A stretch of DNA of 32,000 nucleotides from Okeania sp. Its GTDB lineage: Bacteria > Cyanobacteriota > Cyanobacteriia > Cyanobacteriales > Microcoleaceae. How positions within the stretch are numbered: the stretch's first letter is position 1; each line of letters starts with the position of its first letter. Shown piece by piece: positions 17,645 through 27,110 of the stretch. The notes under the pieces are model-generated. The model saw only the letters and a list, made by a program, of their open reading frames with translations, was not told the DNA's origin and searched no databases. The position numbers and the translations under genes were made by a program. The stretch spans positions 3,387 through 35,386 of the forward strand of contig NZ_JAYKGW010000013.1 of NCBI RefSeq assembly GCF_035285525.1. Direction: 5' to 3'.

Positions 17645-18748
17645 TCATTTTTTCCCTTCTGCCTTCCTTCTCAACCAATGTGCTGCACTTAACCCAGAAG
17701 TAAAAGCACTTTCAATATTATCTCCACCACACCAGTCACCAACACCTACTAATGGCAATGGTATTTCTGTAGTCAGACAAGAAACAGCTAAAGCTTGACG
17801 ACAAAAAGCATAACGCCATCGGTGAACTTGTAACCATTCTGGGTCTCTTAACCACGGCAACAACTTTTGTGCTGTATGCTCCAATATTTTTTTCCCTATT
17901 GGTGGTAAGTCTGGGGATTCGAGGTGAGTAGTAGCAAATTTGGCGCTACTTTGAATCACAAATACAGGTTGACTCGCGTCCTGTCTTTTACTGCTATCAA
18001 GACCTACCCAGTCCAGATACTCATCATTAGAGAAAGCGATCGCTCGCCATTCTGGTAAATTTTCTTGTAGTGCCTGAGAATATCCTGCCATTACTGTGAT
18101 ACAAGGATCATATTCTACCAAACGTAGATGCTCAAGAAATTCTGGCTGTATTTCCGCAATAGGTTTTTCTAAAATTGCTAAAGCTTGAGGTGCAGGAATT
18201 GCTAAAACTACAGCTTTTGCCATTACTTCTGTTGGTTTTTCAGTAGCAGCATCATTAGTAATTTCCAAAGTCAAATACCAATTTTTCTCTGCTAGTTGTT
18301 GTATCGTTTGTACTCGCCGACTGAACCAAATATCTAAACCTTCAGCCAGAAATTTGCCGACAGAATTCATTCCCTGGGGTGCGATATAACAATTTTTGGT
18401 CGTCGGAAGTAGTAATTCCTGGGGGTGAATTAGTTCATAAGTTTTATCTGTCCAAAGTTGGATAATTGGTTTGGTATCGATGTTATTTTTTTTTATTTTT
18501 TGATTATCAATTAATTGTTGCCAAAATTTACCTCTAGGTTCAAGGTAACGTACTCCATGATCGGCGCGACTTCCTGAAACTCGGCGAGTTGCCATGCGAC
18601 CCCCCACTCCTCTAGATTTTTCTAGCACTACTACCGAATAACCCATCTGCTGTAATTCTTGGGCGCAGACTAAACCAGCGATACCTGCACCAATGACAGC
18701 AATATCAAATTTTTGCGGTTTGTTCATAATTTTTATTATTAAAATCAA
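17645..18748 (-). CDS. NAD(P)/FAD-dependent oxidoreductase (amine-oxidase fold, COG3380/renalase-like)
   Basis: 367 aa. FDIAVIGAGIAGLVCAQELQQMGYSVVVLEKSRGVGGRM is the dinucleotide-binding motif, with GVGDWCGG near the C-terminus. The true start is probably MNKPQKF at 18727. The last residues, RRKAEGKK, are encoded by family-B-like repeat sequence. Confidence 0.8.
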   Translation of the reverse strand: MILIIKIMNKPQKFDIAVIGAGIAGLVCAQELQQMGYSVVVLEKSRGVGGRMATRRVSGSRADHGVRYLEPRGKFWQQLIDNQKIKKNNIDTKPIIQLWTDKTYELIHPQELLLPTTKNCYIAPQGMNSVGKFLAEGLDIWFSRRVQTIQQLAEKNWYLTLEITNDAATEKPTEVMAKAVVLAIPAPQALAILEKPIAEIQPEFLEHLRLVEYDPCITVMAGYSQALQENLPEWRAIAFSNDEYLDWVGLDSSKRQDASQPVFVIQSSAKFATTHLESPDLPPIGKKILEHTAQKLLPWLRDPEWLQVHRWRYAFCRQALAVSCLTTEIPLPLVGVGDWCGGDNIESAFTSGLSAAHWLRRKAEGKK

Positions 18749-19082
18749 TCTTTCATGTTAAAATAACTAGCTGGTTAACTTCAATGTGGTAGTGGACTTA
18801 CACACTCAAACAAAAAATTGGGTTTATTGCCATAACTATTGTTTTTCAAATCTAGAAATTTGCTTAATAAACCAGGTTTATACTTACTTATAACAGTCGA
18901 AGCAAAGCTTAAGAGATTTCTACATCCTGTTTGCGGAGCATTTCCCTATACAAAAAATCCTTTGAGATTCTACTGTTCCTTCTCTTTGGGAGGCTTTCCT
19001 TACGGAAAGCTTCGCAAACGCTAACGACCGCTGTTTTCTGTTCCCTGTTCCTTGTTCCCTAGCGCTATAAGTTCTAATTACT

Positions 19083-19973
19083 TTGGTAGTTAGTCTACTT
19101 AAATTGAATTGTATAATAATAGTGCTTTGTGGTCGTGGAGGAAAGATTAATTTGGATGAACTAACAGCAGCACTGGAATTAGCAACAGAAGAGGAGTTAC
19201 AACAGTTAACAGAGCTTTTGTTTGGACGTGGAATAAATCCTTTGGATTATTTCCAGACTCCTCTACCAATAGATGTACAAAGTCGTGATCGCGATGCTTG
19301 GTTAGATGCACTAGACCAGAGATTTCGTTATTTGGTCGCAGATGGTATGACGGTATTACGGGGAAATACTCGAAAAGTAACTTATCGACAAGCTTTAATT
19401 AAGGTATGTGGTTATCTAAAAATTCCCTATTCTCAAAAAATTTCTACTACTGATTTAGAAGCAGAGGTATTTCTCCATGTTTTAGGCCGAACCTGGAAAA
19501 ATTTGCCTAGCTCGGAACAGGATATTCTAACCAAAAATATAAAAAACTCTCTTGCAGAGTTTTACTTACCTCAACCTCTACCAATATCAATACAAAATAA
19601 TCCATTAAATTTACTATTTAAAGGTAGCACTGCTTTTGCAGTGAGTTCGGTATTGAAGCCAATATTACTAAAAGAGTTAGCTCATCAATTTGCAATTCAT
19701 TTTGCTAAATATCAAGTGGCAAAGGCAGCATTAGTCAGAGGTGGAGCAACAGCAGCAACTCAGTTTCAAAGTCACATTGCGATACAAATGGCTAATCGGG
19801 GGATGGCTATTAGTGCAGCTCGTTATGGGGCAGTACGAACAGCTTTAGGATTTTTAGGTCCGATGTTGTGGACTTGGTTTTTAGCAGATTTAGGTTGGAG
19901 AGCGATCGCTACGAATTATGGTCGTGTGATTCCTGCTATTTTTGTTGTAGCCCAAATCAGGTTGTTGAATTAG
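19083..19973 (+). CDS. Conserved hypothetical protein, YaaW/UPF0174-like (tentative)
   Basis: 296-aa ORF opening on TTG. A more plausible start is the in-frame TTG at 19152 (LDELTAALELATEEELQQLTELLF). The hydrophobic C-terminal half contains GFLGPMLWTWFLADLGWRAI. Family assignment is from memory only. Confidence 0.55.
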   Translation: MVVSLLKLNCIIIVLCGRGGKINLDELTAALELATEEELQQLTELLFGRGINPLDYFQTPLPIDVQSRDRDAWLDALDQRFRYLVADGMTVLRGNTRKVTYRQALIKVCGYLKIPYSQKISTTDLEAEVFLHVLGRTWKNLPSSEQDILTKNIKNSLAEFYLPQPLPISIQNNPLNLLFKGSTAFAVSSVLKPILLKELAHQFAIHFAKYQVAKAALVRGGATAATQFQSHIAIQMANRGMAISAARYGAVRTALGFLGPMLWTWFLADLGWRAIATNYGRVIPAIFVVAQIRLLN

Positions 19974-20229
19974 TTTTAGGAAGGAGTCAGGAGTCAGAAG
20001 TCAGAATATACAGGGGATTTCACCTTGGTGAGGTAGACTTACGCAGGCTTTCCGGCCTGCACCAATATTTTATTTGCCATAATTTATCTTGTACCTCATT
20101 TACCCGAAATAGGCTCTAAAAAGATTTTGATTTATCTTACTTAATTGTTCTTAAATATCTCATAGATCATTCCTAATTACTATGTTTTTTGAACTACTTT
20201 CTCTATAACTTCCTGCTTCTCCTTACTCT

Positions 20230-20557
20230 TAACTACTCCCTACTCCCTTGCCTGATCAAAAAGACTTTTTCAGCAAACCCTAATTAGTAATTTAGGGTTT
20301 GGGTATGGAAATATAAAAGCATTCATAGATAAAGCTTTGAGAAATTTTAGATAGGGAAAAAGTACCAGCTTTTAGGTCAAAAGGGTTAAAAAGTTAGTAT
20401 AAAAGGCTGACACAAGAGTAGAAAAATTAAGAGACAATTATTCCAACTAATTCCTCTGTAACTCCTATTCCTCATAAATTCCCCTCCTGGGAGGGGTTAG
20501 GGGTGGGTTGACTCCCTACTCCCTACTCCCTACCTTCACCATCAGACTTTTTCACAC
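20230..20557. mobile_element. Family P MITE end plus one full copy (approximate bounds)
   Basis: aaaagactttttcagcaaaccctaattagtaatttagggtttgggtatggaaatataaaagc ... ggaaaaagtaccagcttttaggtcaaaag ... actccctactccctactcccta ... cagactttttcacac. Confidence 0.6.
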
Positions 20558-20578
20558 TCATTATATTTATCAAAAAAA

Positions 20579-22189
20579 ATGCGTTTATTTACCACTATTG
20601 CTGGTTTACGTTGCTACTTAAATTTACTTCAAAATGAATCACAAAAATCTGCCTATACTATTGGTTTAGTTCCAACAATGGGAGCTTTACATGAAGGACA
20701 TTTAAGTTTAATTAAACGAGCAAAAGAAGAAAATAAAATTACGGTTGTTAGTATTTTTGTTAATCCTTTACAGTTTGCTCCTACAGAAGATTTTCAACAA
20801 TATCCCCGACAGTTAGAAGCAGATAAAAAACTTTGTGAAAAAGAGGGAGTAGATGTAATTTTTGCTCCTACTCCGGAAACAATGGGTATGGAAAATGAGC
20901 TATCAACTAACGCTCAAAATAATACAACTACAATTGTTCCTCCAGCTCAAATGACATCAATTATGTGTGGGATTTCTAGACCTAACTTTTTTCAAGGAAT
21001 AGCAACAGTTGTTACTAAATTATTAAATTTAGTTCAGCCAAACAATGCTTATTTTGGTCAAAAAGATGCTCAACAATTAGCAATTATTAAACAATTAGTC
21101 AAAGACCTAAGCTTGCCAATTAATATTGTTTCTTGCCCAATCATTCGCGAACCTTCAGGATTAGCTATTAGTTCTCGAAATCAATATTTAACTGCTGAAC
21201 AAAAACAGCAAGCTTCCATACTTTATAATTCTCTTGATTATGGTAGAAAAATATTTTTAGAGAATCGAGACACCCCAAATATTGTCAAAAAAATTAAAGA
21301 TGCTGTAACAGAAAAATTAGCACTTCAACCAACAGTAAAACTAGAATATTTAGAAATAGTTCATCCTGAAACTTTACAACCTTTAGAAAATATTCAAAAT
21401 ATAGCCTTATTAGCGATCGCTGCTCATCTTGGAGCTTGCCGTTTAATAGATAATATACTCTTGAGAAACCGTCAACCCATAATTGCCATAGATGGACCTG
21501 CTGGTGCTGGTAAATCCACAGTTACTAAATTACTAGGAAAAAATCTAGGACTTTTGTACTTAGATACGGGGGCAATGTATCGTGCTGTGACATGGATGGT
21601 ATTGCAAACTGGTATATCAATTACCGACCAAGCTCAAGTAGCAGAATTAGTCAGTCAATGTCAAATTAGCTTTGATGGACCAGAGAATAATCAAGTCATA
21701 ATCAATGGCCATGACGTTACAGAAGCAATTCGGGGTCGGGAAGTAACAAATCATGTTTCAACTATTGCAGCCCAGCCTACAGTAAGGTATTTTATGGTAA
21801 AACAACAACAACTATTTGGAACAAAAGGAGGGATAGTAGCAGAAGGACGAGATATTGGTACTCATGTATTTCCCAATGCTGAAGTCAAGATTTTTTTGAC
21901 AGCTTCAGCAAGAGAGCGAGCGCAACGGCGACTACTAGAATTACAACAGAAAGGTCAAACAAATATCACTTTAGAAGAAATAGAAAAAGATATTATTAAT
22001 CGAGACCAAAAAGATAGTAACCGAGAAGTTTCTCCCTTGCGAAAAGCTGCAGATGCTATAGAAATTAATACTGATGGTTTAAGCATAACTGAAGTCACTG
22101 AAAAAATTGTTGATATTTATCAAAAAATTTGTTCAGAAAAAGACTTTCCAGACGCAAACCCTAATCAGGGCTGGCGTCTGGAAATATAA
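20579..22189 (+). CDS. panC-cmk: Bifunctional pantoate--beta-alanine ligase / (d)CMP kinase
   Basis: 536 aa. PanC half: VPTMGALHEGHLSLI ... YFGQKDAQQ. Cmk half: IIAIDGPAGAGKSTV ... GRDIGT. This fusion is typical of cyanobacteria. The last ~17 codons (EKDFPDANPNQGWRLEI) are MITE-end sequence. Confidence 0.93.
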   Translation: MRLFTTIAGLRCYLNLLQNESQKSAYTIGLVPTMGALHEGHLSLIKRAKEENKITVVSIFVNPLQFAPTEDFQQYPRQLEADKKLCEKEGVDVIFAPTPETMGMENELSTNAQNNTTTIVPPAQMTSIMCGISRPNFFQGIATVVTKLLNLVQPNNAYFGQKDAQQLAIIKQLVKDLSLPINIVSCPIIREPSGLAISSRNQYLTAEQKQQASILYNSLDYGRKIFLENRDTPNIVKKIKDAVTEKLALQPTVKLEYLEIVHPETLQPLENIQNIALLAIAAHLGACRLIDNILLRNRQPIIAIDGPAGAGKSTVTKLLGKNLGLLYLDTGAMYRAVTWMVLQTGISITDQAQVAELVSQCQISFDGPENNQVIINGHDVTEAIRGREVTNHVSTIAAQPTVRYFMVKQQQLFGTKGGIVAEGRDIGTHVFPNAEVKIFLTASARERAQRRLLELQQKGQTNITLEEIEKDIINRDQKDSNREVSPLRKAADAIEINTDGLSITEVTEKIVDIYQKICSEKDFPDANPNQGWRLEI

Positions 22190-22629
22190 AAGTCTTTACA
22201 AATAAAGATTATAGCCTTTTTCGAGCCTTGAAAAAGTTCCAGTTTCTCAGCTAAAAATACCAAAAAGTACGGTTCCCGAGAAATAGGATTTTAGGGAAGT
22301 CAAGGGTAGAAAAACCACGGAAAAATTATTCCTCCTGCTGTCTCTGTCTTCCCACCCTTCTCACACTTTGCTTTCCATACGCAAACCCTAATTAGGGCTG
22401 GCGTCTGCAAATATAAAAGCCTTGACAGATAAAGCTAAAAGCATTTTTAGGTAGGGAAAAAGTATCTGGTTTACGGTTCCCGAAAAATCAGTTCAACCAT
22501 GCACAGTACGATTCCCGATAAGTCAGTGAACAATCAAAAAGTTACCATTTTCGGCACATCGTTGGGCTAAAAAAAGTACTTTAGATCTCCCCTACTCCTT
22601 AAAAAATACTTTTTCAGCAAACCCTAATT
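22136..22629. mobile_element. Family P MITEs: a right-end fragment plus two tandem full copies
   Basis: gaaaaagactttccagacgcaaaccctaa|tcagggctggcgtctggaaatataaaag ... acgcaaaccctaa|ttagggctggcgtctgcaaatataaaag ... tactttttcagcaaaccctaa. Confidence 0.7.
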
Positions 22630-23643
22630 ATGAAAGTAAAATTCTCTCAAAACAGACAAAAATTTCAATTTAAAAAATTACTCAATAATTCCATAAAATT
22701 ACAATATCTGAAGAAAAAAATGACAAATTTAGGTTTGGATATATTACCTAGAAAAGGAAAACCTTTAGCAACAATAATTGCAGCTAGTGGTAGTTTTTTT
22801 ATAGGCATTTTACTTGCCATAAATATATTAGCTAACCAACAACCAACTGTAACTACAAAAAATAAAATAGATAACCAAGAGAACCAATTAAAAACAATTA
22901 AAATTAGTTCAATTGTTGCTCAAAATATTCAGACAACTAGACAGAAACTTAGGGAATTAGAATTAAAAACTTTTAACTTTAGTGTACCAAAAAGGTTTGA
23001 AGGAGAAACAGTTAGAAATATTACTCTGAAAAACCAACAAAAAGTTATAGCTTTAACATTCGATGACGGTCCTTGGGATAAAACCACCGAACAGATATTA
23101 GATATTCTCAAAAAAAATGAAATTCAAGCCACTTTTTTTGTAATTGGTAAACATTTAAAAGAACGTCAAGAAATAGGCAAAAAAATTGTAGAAGCAGGAC
23201 ACATTATTGCTAATCACACATGGAACCATCCTTCTCAAAGCAATAAAATGAGTCCAGACCGCATTAAAAGTGAAATTGGACGTACTGCAAAACTTATATA
23301 TGAAGTTACAGGTAGGACTACTCATCTATTTCGACCTCCTGCAGGAGTTCTAGAGAATGGTTTAGTTGATTATGCTCAAGAGCGCAAACACTCTGTCGTC
23401 TTATGGTCTGCTGATTCTAAAGACTGGTATGAAAGGTCAGTTGAACAAGTTACCAAAAATGTTTTAGAAAAAGCTAGCAACGGTGGAATTGTATTGCTAC
23501 ATGATGGTGGTGGTCCAAGAGACCATGTTGTAGAAGCTTTACCCGATATTATTGCCGGTTTGAAACAACAAGATTATGAGTTTGTCACAATACCAGAGCT
23601 TTTAACTATGAAGGATAAAGAATTAAGTAAGCAGGAGCATTGA
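22630..23643 (+). CDS. Polysaccharide deacetylase (NodB homology domain), membrane-anchored
   Basis: 337 aa. Motifs: LTFDDGPW, ANHTWNHP, LFRPPAG, VLLHDGGG. The first ATG overlaps the MITE junction (ccctaattATG). MTNLGLD at 22720, followed by a TM helix, is the more likely start. Confidence 0.88.
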   Translation: MKVKFSQNRQKFQFKKLLNNSIKLQYLKKKMTNLGLDILPRKGKPLATIIAASGSFFIGILLAINILANQQPTVTTKNKIDNQENQLKTIKISSIVAQNIQTTRQKLRELELKTFNFSVPKRFEGETVRNITLKNQQKVIALTFDDGPWDKTTEQILDILKKNEIQATFFVIGKHLKERQEIGKKIVEAGHIIANHTWNHPSQSNKMSPDRIKSEIGRTAKLIYEVTGRTTHLFRPPAGVLENGLVDYAQERKHSVVLWSADSKDWYERSVEQVTKNVLEKASNGGIVLLHDGGGPRDHVVEALPDIIAGLKQQDYEFVTIPELLTMKDKELSKQEH

Positions 23644-23662
23644 CTTAATCACAGAATAATAA

Positions 23663-24685
23663 TAGAGTTGTTGGGAAATCAAGGTAAAATTAAGTTAAGA
23701 AGAAATTGGTGCTTAGAAATGCTAAATATAAAACGGGCCTGAAAACAGGATAGGTTACTCAGAGCATTAACATTCCTTAAATCGTAAAGCATTTCAATCC
23801 TTACTCTTAACCTTTTCTCAAGTATATGAGCAAACATTTGAGAAACAAACCTCGTCAACGCTCTGTTGGAGGAGGCCGTAAGGCTCCTTTACCCACTGTT
23901 GAAGACAAATTATTTTATATCCTCTTCTACTTGAAATGTTATCCCACCTTTGATTTGGCTAGTATTCTGTTTGACATGGACCGTCACACATAATTGGTCT
24001 CATCGCTTACAGCCTATATTAGAAGCAGGGAGAAAAAAAGCACTACCAGAACGCCAAATCAACAGTGTCCAAGCATTTATAGAACGTTTTCCTGGAGTAG
24101 AACGAGTAGTAATGGATGGCACTTCAGTGGCCGATGCAACGACCCACTGACTCAGAAAAACCAAAACTGAATTATTCAGGAAAAAAAAGCGTCATACCCG
24201 TAAACACCTAGCAGCAGTAGACCAAAACAAACAAGTGCTGGTATTGAGCCAAGCAAGAGAAGGAAAATTACATGACAAGAAACTACATGACCAAGAAAAG
24301 TTGATAGGAAATATACTAGGGGAGATACCAATTGAAGTAGATAGTGGGTTTCAAGGTATTCAACACCAGTATAAAAATATCCACATACCCCATAAGAAAC
24401 CAAAAGGGGGAGAATTAACTGAACAGCAACGCCTTGAAAATCGGACATTAAGTCAATCTAGAGTGATATATATGTGAAAACGCCTTTGCGGGTATCAAGC
24501 GCTATGGGGCTGTTAATCAGATTTCCCGTAATCATAAGTATGATTTTGATGAAAAATTAATGTTAACAGCAACTGGACTATGGAACCTGTACCTGATGGC
24601 AGCATAAATAATAAAATCACGGTCTCAAAATTGATTAGTTTGATTTTCATTGTTCGCTAACCTAAGTTATTTCCCAACAACTCTA
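23663..24685 (+). mobile_element. IS5-superfamily (Harbinger/PIF-like, DDE_Tnp_4) insertion sequence, about 1023 bp, inactive
   Basis: Terminal inverted repeats tagagttgttgggaaat (23663..) and atttcccaacaactcta (..24685). It begins 20 nt after the deacetylase stop. Confidence 0.8.
23826..24607 (+). pseudogene. DDE_Tnp_4-type transposase broken by frameshifts and stops
   Basis: MSKHLRNKPRQRSVGGGRKAPLPTVEDKLFYILFYLKCYPTFDLASILFDMDRHT* is followed by pieces in other frames: LPERQINSVQAFIERFPGVERVVMDGT, YSGKKKRHTRKH, HDKKLHDQEK ... DSGFQGIQHQYKNIHIPHKKPKGGELTEQQRLENRTLSQSRV, and ENAFAGIKRYGAVNQISRN ... GLWNLYL. Confidence 0.8.
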
Positions 24686-24689
24686 ATGT

Positions 24690-24801
24690 AAAGTCCTAGG
24701 TTTTTGACCTTTTGCGACAGAAAAATTGATACTTTTTCCAGATATAAAAAGCCTAAGACTTTTTTCTGTCAATACTTCTAGATTTATTCAGCCAGCCCTA
24801 C
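24690..24801. mobile_element. Family P MITE, partial, reverse orientation
   Basis: The reverse complement reads tagggctggctgaataaatctagaagtattgacag ... ctggaaaaagtatcaatttttc, matching the 14556-type left end. Confidence 0.6.
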
Positions 24802-24866
24802 TTAAAGCACAAAACACGAATCTTTAATTTTAGTTCCGTCCGCTTAGTTGAGATTCCAGAAATACC

Positions 24867-25679
24867 ATGTCTAAAATCATCAATGAATTAACTGGTGTAC
24901 CTCGCACCTTACTTTTGCCACTAAGGGGACGAGCTGAAACACAAAATCATCCCCATCCCCTCTTTCAAGATCCACTAGCTGTTGAATGGTTAAAACTTGT
25001 AGGTTGGAATCAAGAACTAGACCTACTTTATGGTAAAGCTGCTAAAGTTTCTAGTATTGTGGTTGCTATCCGAACTTATCACCATGACCAAATAGCATCT
25101 TCTCATATTGCTAATCATTCTTATCCTGTTGTTGTAGAATTAGGATCTGGATTATCTAGTCGTTTTCATCGGATAGGACAAAATGCTTATCGTTGGTTCG
25201 AGCTAGATTTGCCTGTGGTAACTGAATTACGTTCTAAGTTAGATACACAGACAGAACAACATCAGTTTATTGGTGCATCAGTTATGGATTTTGATTGGAT
25301 GGATGCTTTACCAAAGGTAGCACCAGAAAATATTTTATTTATTGCAGAAGGTTTGTTAATGTACTTAGAGGTAAATGAAGTTCAGCAACTGATATATGTA
25401 ATGCAGTCTCGTTTTCCTGGTGCTACTTTAGATTTAGAAATTGTCGGAATTTCTACCAAAATATCTAATAAAATATTTACTCAAATTGGAGCGCCTCTAA
25501 AATGGTTTGTCAAGAATCAAGAAGATTTAACAGCTATGGGATTAAAAGTAATTAATTCTTGGTCTATGTATCAACTATATGTAGAATATTGGCCTTGGTA
25601 CTGGAAATTGCTTTTAAGATTCTTAACTCAATTTCCCTATTTTCGTAATACTTATCAGATTGTAGAAGCGAAACTTTAA
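24867..25679 (+). CDS. Class I SAM-dependent methyltransferase (TcmP/LCMT-like, COG3315)
   Basis: 270 aa. TLLLPLRGRAETQ ... LFQDPLAVEWL is the N-terminal pattern of this family. VVELGSGLSSRF is motif I, followed by FIAEGLLMYLE. Confidence 0.75.
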   Translation: MSKIINELTGVPRTLLLPLRGRAETQNHPHPLFQDPLAVEWLKLVGWNQELDLLYGKAAKVSSIVVAIRTYHHDQIASSHIANHSYPVVVELGSGLSSRFHRIGQNAYRWFELDLPVVTELRSKLDTQTEQHQFIGASVMDFDWMDALPKVAPENILFIAEGLLMYLEVNEVQQLIYVMQSRFPGATLDLEIVGISTKISNKIFTQIGAPLKWFVKNQEDLTAMGLKVINSWSMYQLYVEYWPWYWKLLLRFLTQFPYFRNTYQIVEAKL

Positions 25680-25686
25680 ATCATCA

Positions 25687-25728
25687 ATAATTAATAATTA
25701 ATAATTAACAATTAATAATTAATAATTA
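25687..25728. repeat. (AATAATT)n heptamer tract directly after the methyltransferase stop
   Basis: ataattaataattaataattaacaattaataattaataatta. Confidence 0.85.
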
Positions 25729-25739
25729 GGGCTTCCTGA

Positions 25740-25903
25740 CTAGACAGTGCAAAGTTCTGGAAATAACTATTGCTAGCTAAGGCTTTTAGGTATTTAAAAG
25801 TTACAAACTTTCTATTGAGAATAGTAGGTTGTGTAAGCATCTGTCAGTAATAGTTTAACCTTGAAAGCAAATATTTTTTTTAGGAAAACTTTGCACTCTC
25901 TAG
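25740..25903. mobile_element. MITE family F (AGAGAGTGCAAAGTT termini)
   Basis: ctagacagtgcaaagttctgg ... gaaaactttgcactctctag inverted ends. Only one copy is in the window. Confidence 0.5.
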
Positions 25904-25940
25904 TTCCTGAATAAAGTCTTTTTATTAGAGTAGGAAGTAG

Positions 25941-27038
25941 TTAGGGTTTGCTGATTTATCGGGAACCGTAAAAGTCTTTTACTGAAAGTAGGCAATGGGC
26001 AATGTTTGTAAGTATTAATTTTTCTACATTTTTCCTGGTTTTGTCAATAAAAATCTAGAGTTTTCAAGATTAACCTAGTAATTTTTTGGCACTTTTTATG
26101 TATGACCTAAAACAGCTTTTAAGCTTTATCTATCAATACTGTGATTTTCATCAGCAAGCCCTAGTTAAGAGTTAAGATTTACAGGAATTGGAGAAAAGGT
26201 GGTCATTCATAATTGCTGCTTAGTTTTTCTATCATAATTACCCCATTTAGACTCACTTTTTCTGCTCCATAAACCGAAAAGCTGATACTTTTTCAATACC
26301 TAAAATTCTTCAAACCTTTAATTCTGATTTGCGGAAAAAGTATTTTTAAGAATCTGGGGAAATGGGAATATGGAGAGATGAAGAGATGAAATGGGGAGTA
26401 ATTTTTTTTCACCCAACTCTTGCCCAGAATGCTAATTTTTTGAACTAGAGCTATCTAAAAAGTTGCACTTTTTTAGCATAAAATAAAGAGGAAAAACTTT
26501 ATCTATGAACATTTTCAAGTTGAATTAGGATTTGCGGAAAAAGTCTTTTTGTCAGGAAGGAGTCAGAATCCAGCAATCCAGCAATCCAGGAGGAATGAGA
26601 ATTATAGAAAAGTTAGTGAGAATATTATCCCTTGATTTTTTTGTAATTATTCTGCTCGAAATCCTAACTTTTTGCTTGCTTAAGGTTAAGGTCAAAAAGT
26701 TGTATTTTTCCATACTAAAAAATGTCAAAAGCTTTGTCAGTAAAAGGTTTTATATTTCCATACGCCAGCCCTAATTAGGGTTTGCGGAAAAAGTCTTTTT
26801 GTCAGGAAGGAGACAGAAGTCAGCAATCCTAAAATCCAGGAGAAGTAGGGAATTTACACCAAGACAGGAAGAAGAATTATCCCTTAGTTTTTCTGCCAAA
26901 GTCAACCAAAATCCTAGCTTTTTTGCCAATTAATTAAAGAGCAAAAAGCTTGTACTTTTTCCCAACCTAAAAAACCTAAAATATTTATATATTAATCCTT
27001 TAATATTTAATCAGCAAGCCCTAATTAGCAAGCCCTAA
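25941..27038. mobile_element. Array of 4-5 abutting family P MITE copies
   Basis: Copy borders: ttagggtttgctga (25941), tcagcaagccctag (26164), tgatttgcggaaaaagt (about 26320), ttaggatttgcggaaaaagtc (26525), gccagccctaa|ttagggtttgcggaaaaagtc (26774/26775), and tcagcaagccctaattagcaagccctaa (27011..27038). Confidence 0.7.
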
Positions 27039-27110
27039 TTGATATTTAACTCTGATTCCTAATTCCTGAATCCTTCACTAAAAAAAACACATATTCTCAA
27101 AGATATTTTA

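Noticed and set aside
19868-20119. ORF overlapping the 3' end of the YaaW-like gene
   Set aside because: It is an out-of-frame overlap that continues into STRR (gtcagaa) and a MITE A fragment.
22929-23111. Minus-strand ORF inside the deacetylase gene
   Set aside because: It is an antisense shadow of a gene with clear NodB motifs.
23950-24477. ORFs 23950..24150, 24235..24477 (plus) and 24176..24448 (minus), considered as separate genes
   Set aside because: The plus-strand pieces are out-of-frame fragments of a single DDE_Tnp_4 transposase pseudogene. The minus-strand one is its antisense shadow.
26769-26780. CCCTAA|TTAGGG junctions identical to the vertebrate telomere hexamer
   Set aside because: This is a coincidence of MITE termini abutting. 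The hexamers are single, not tandem.
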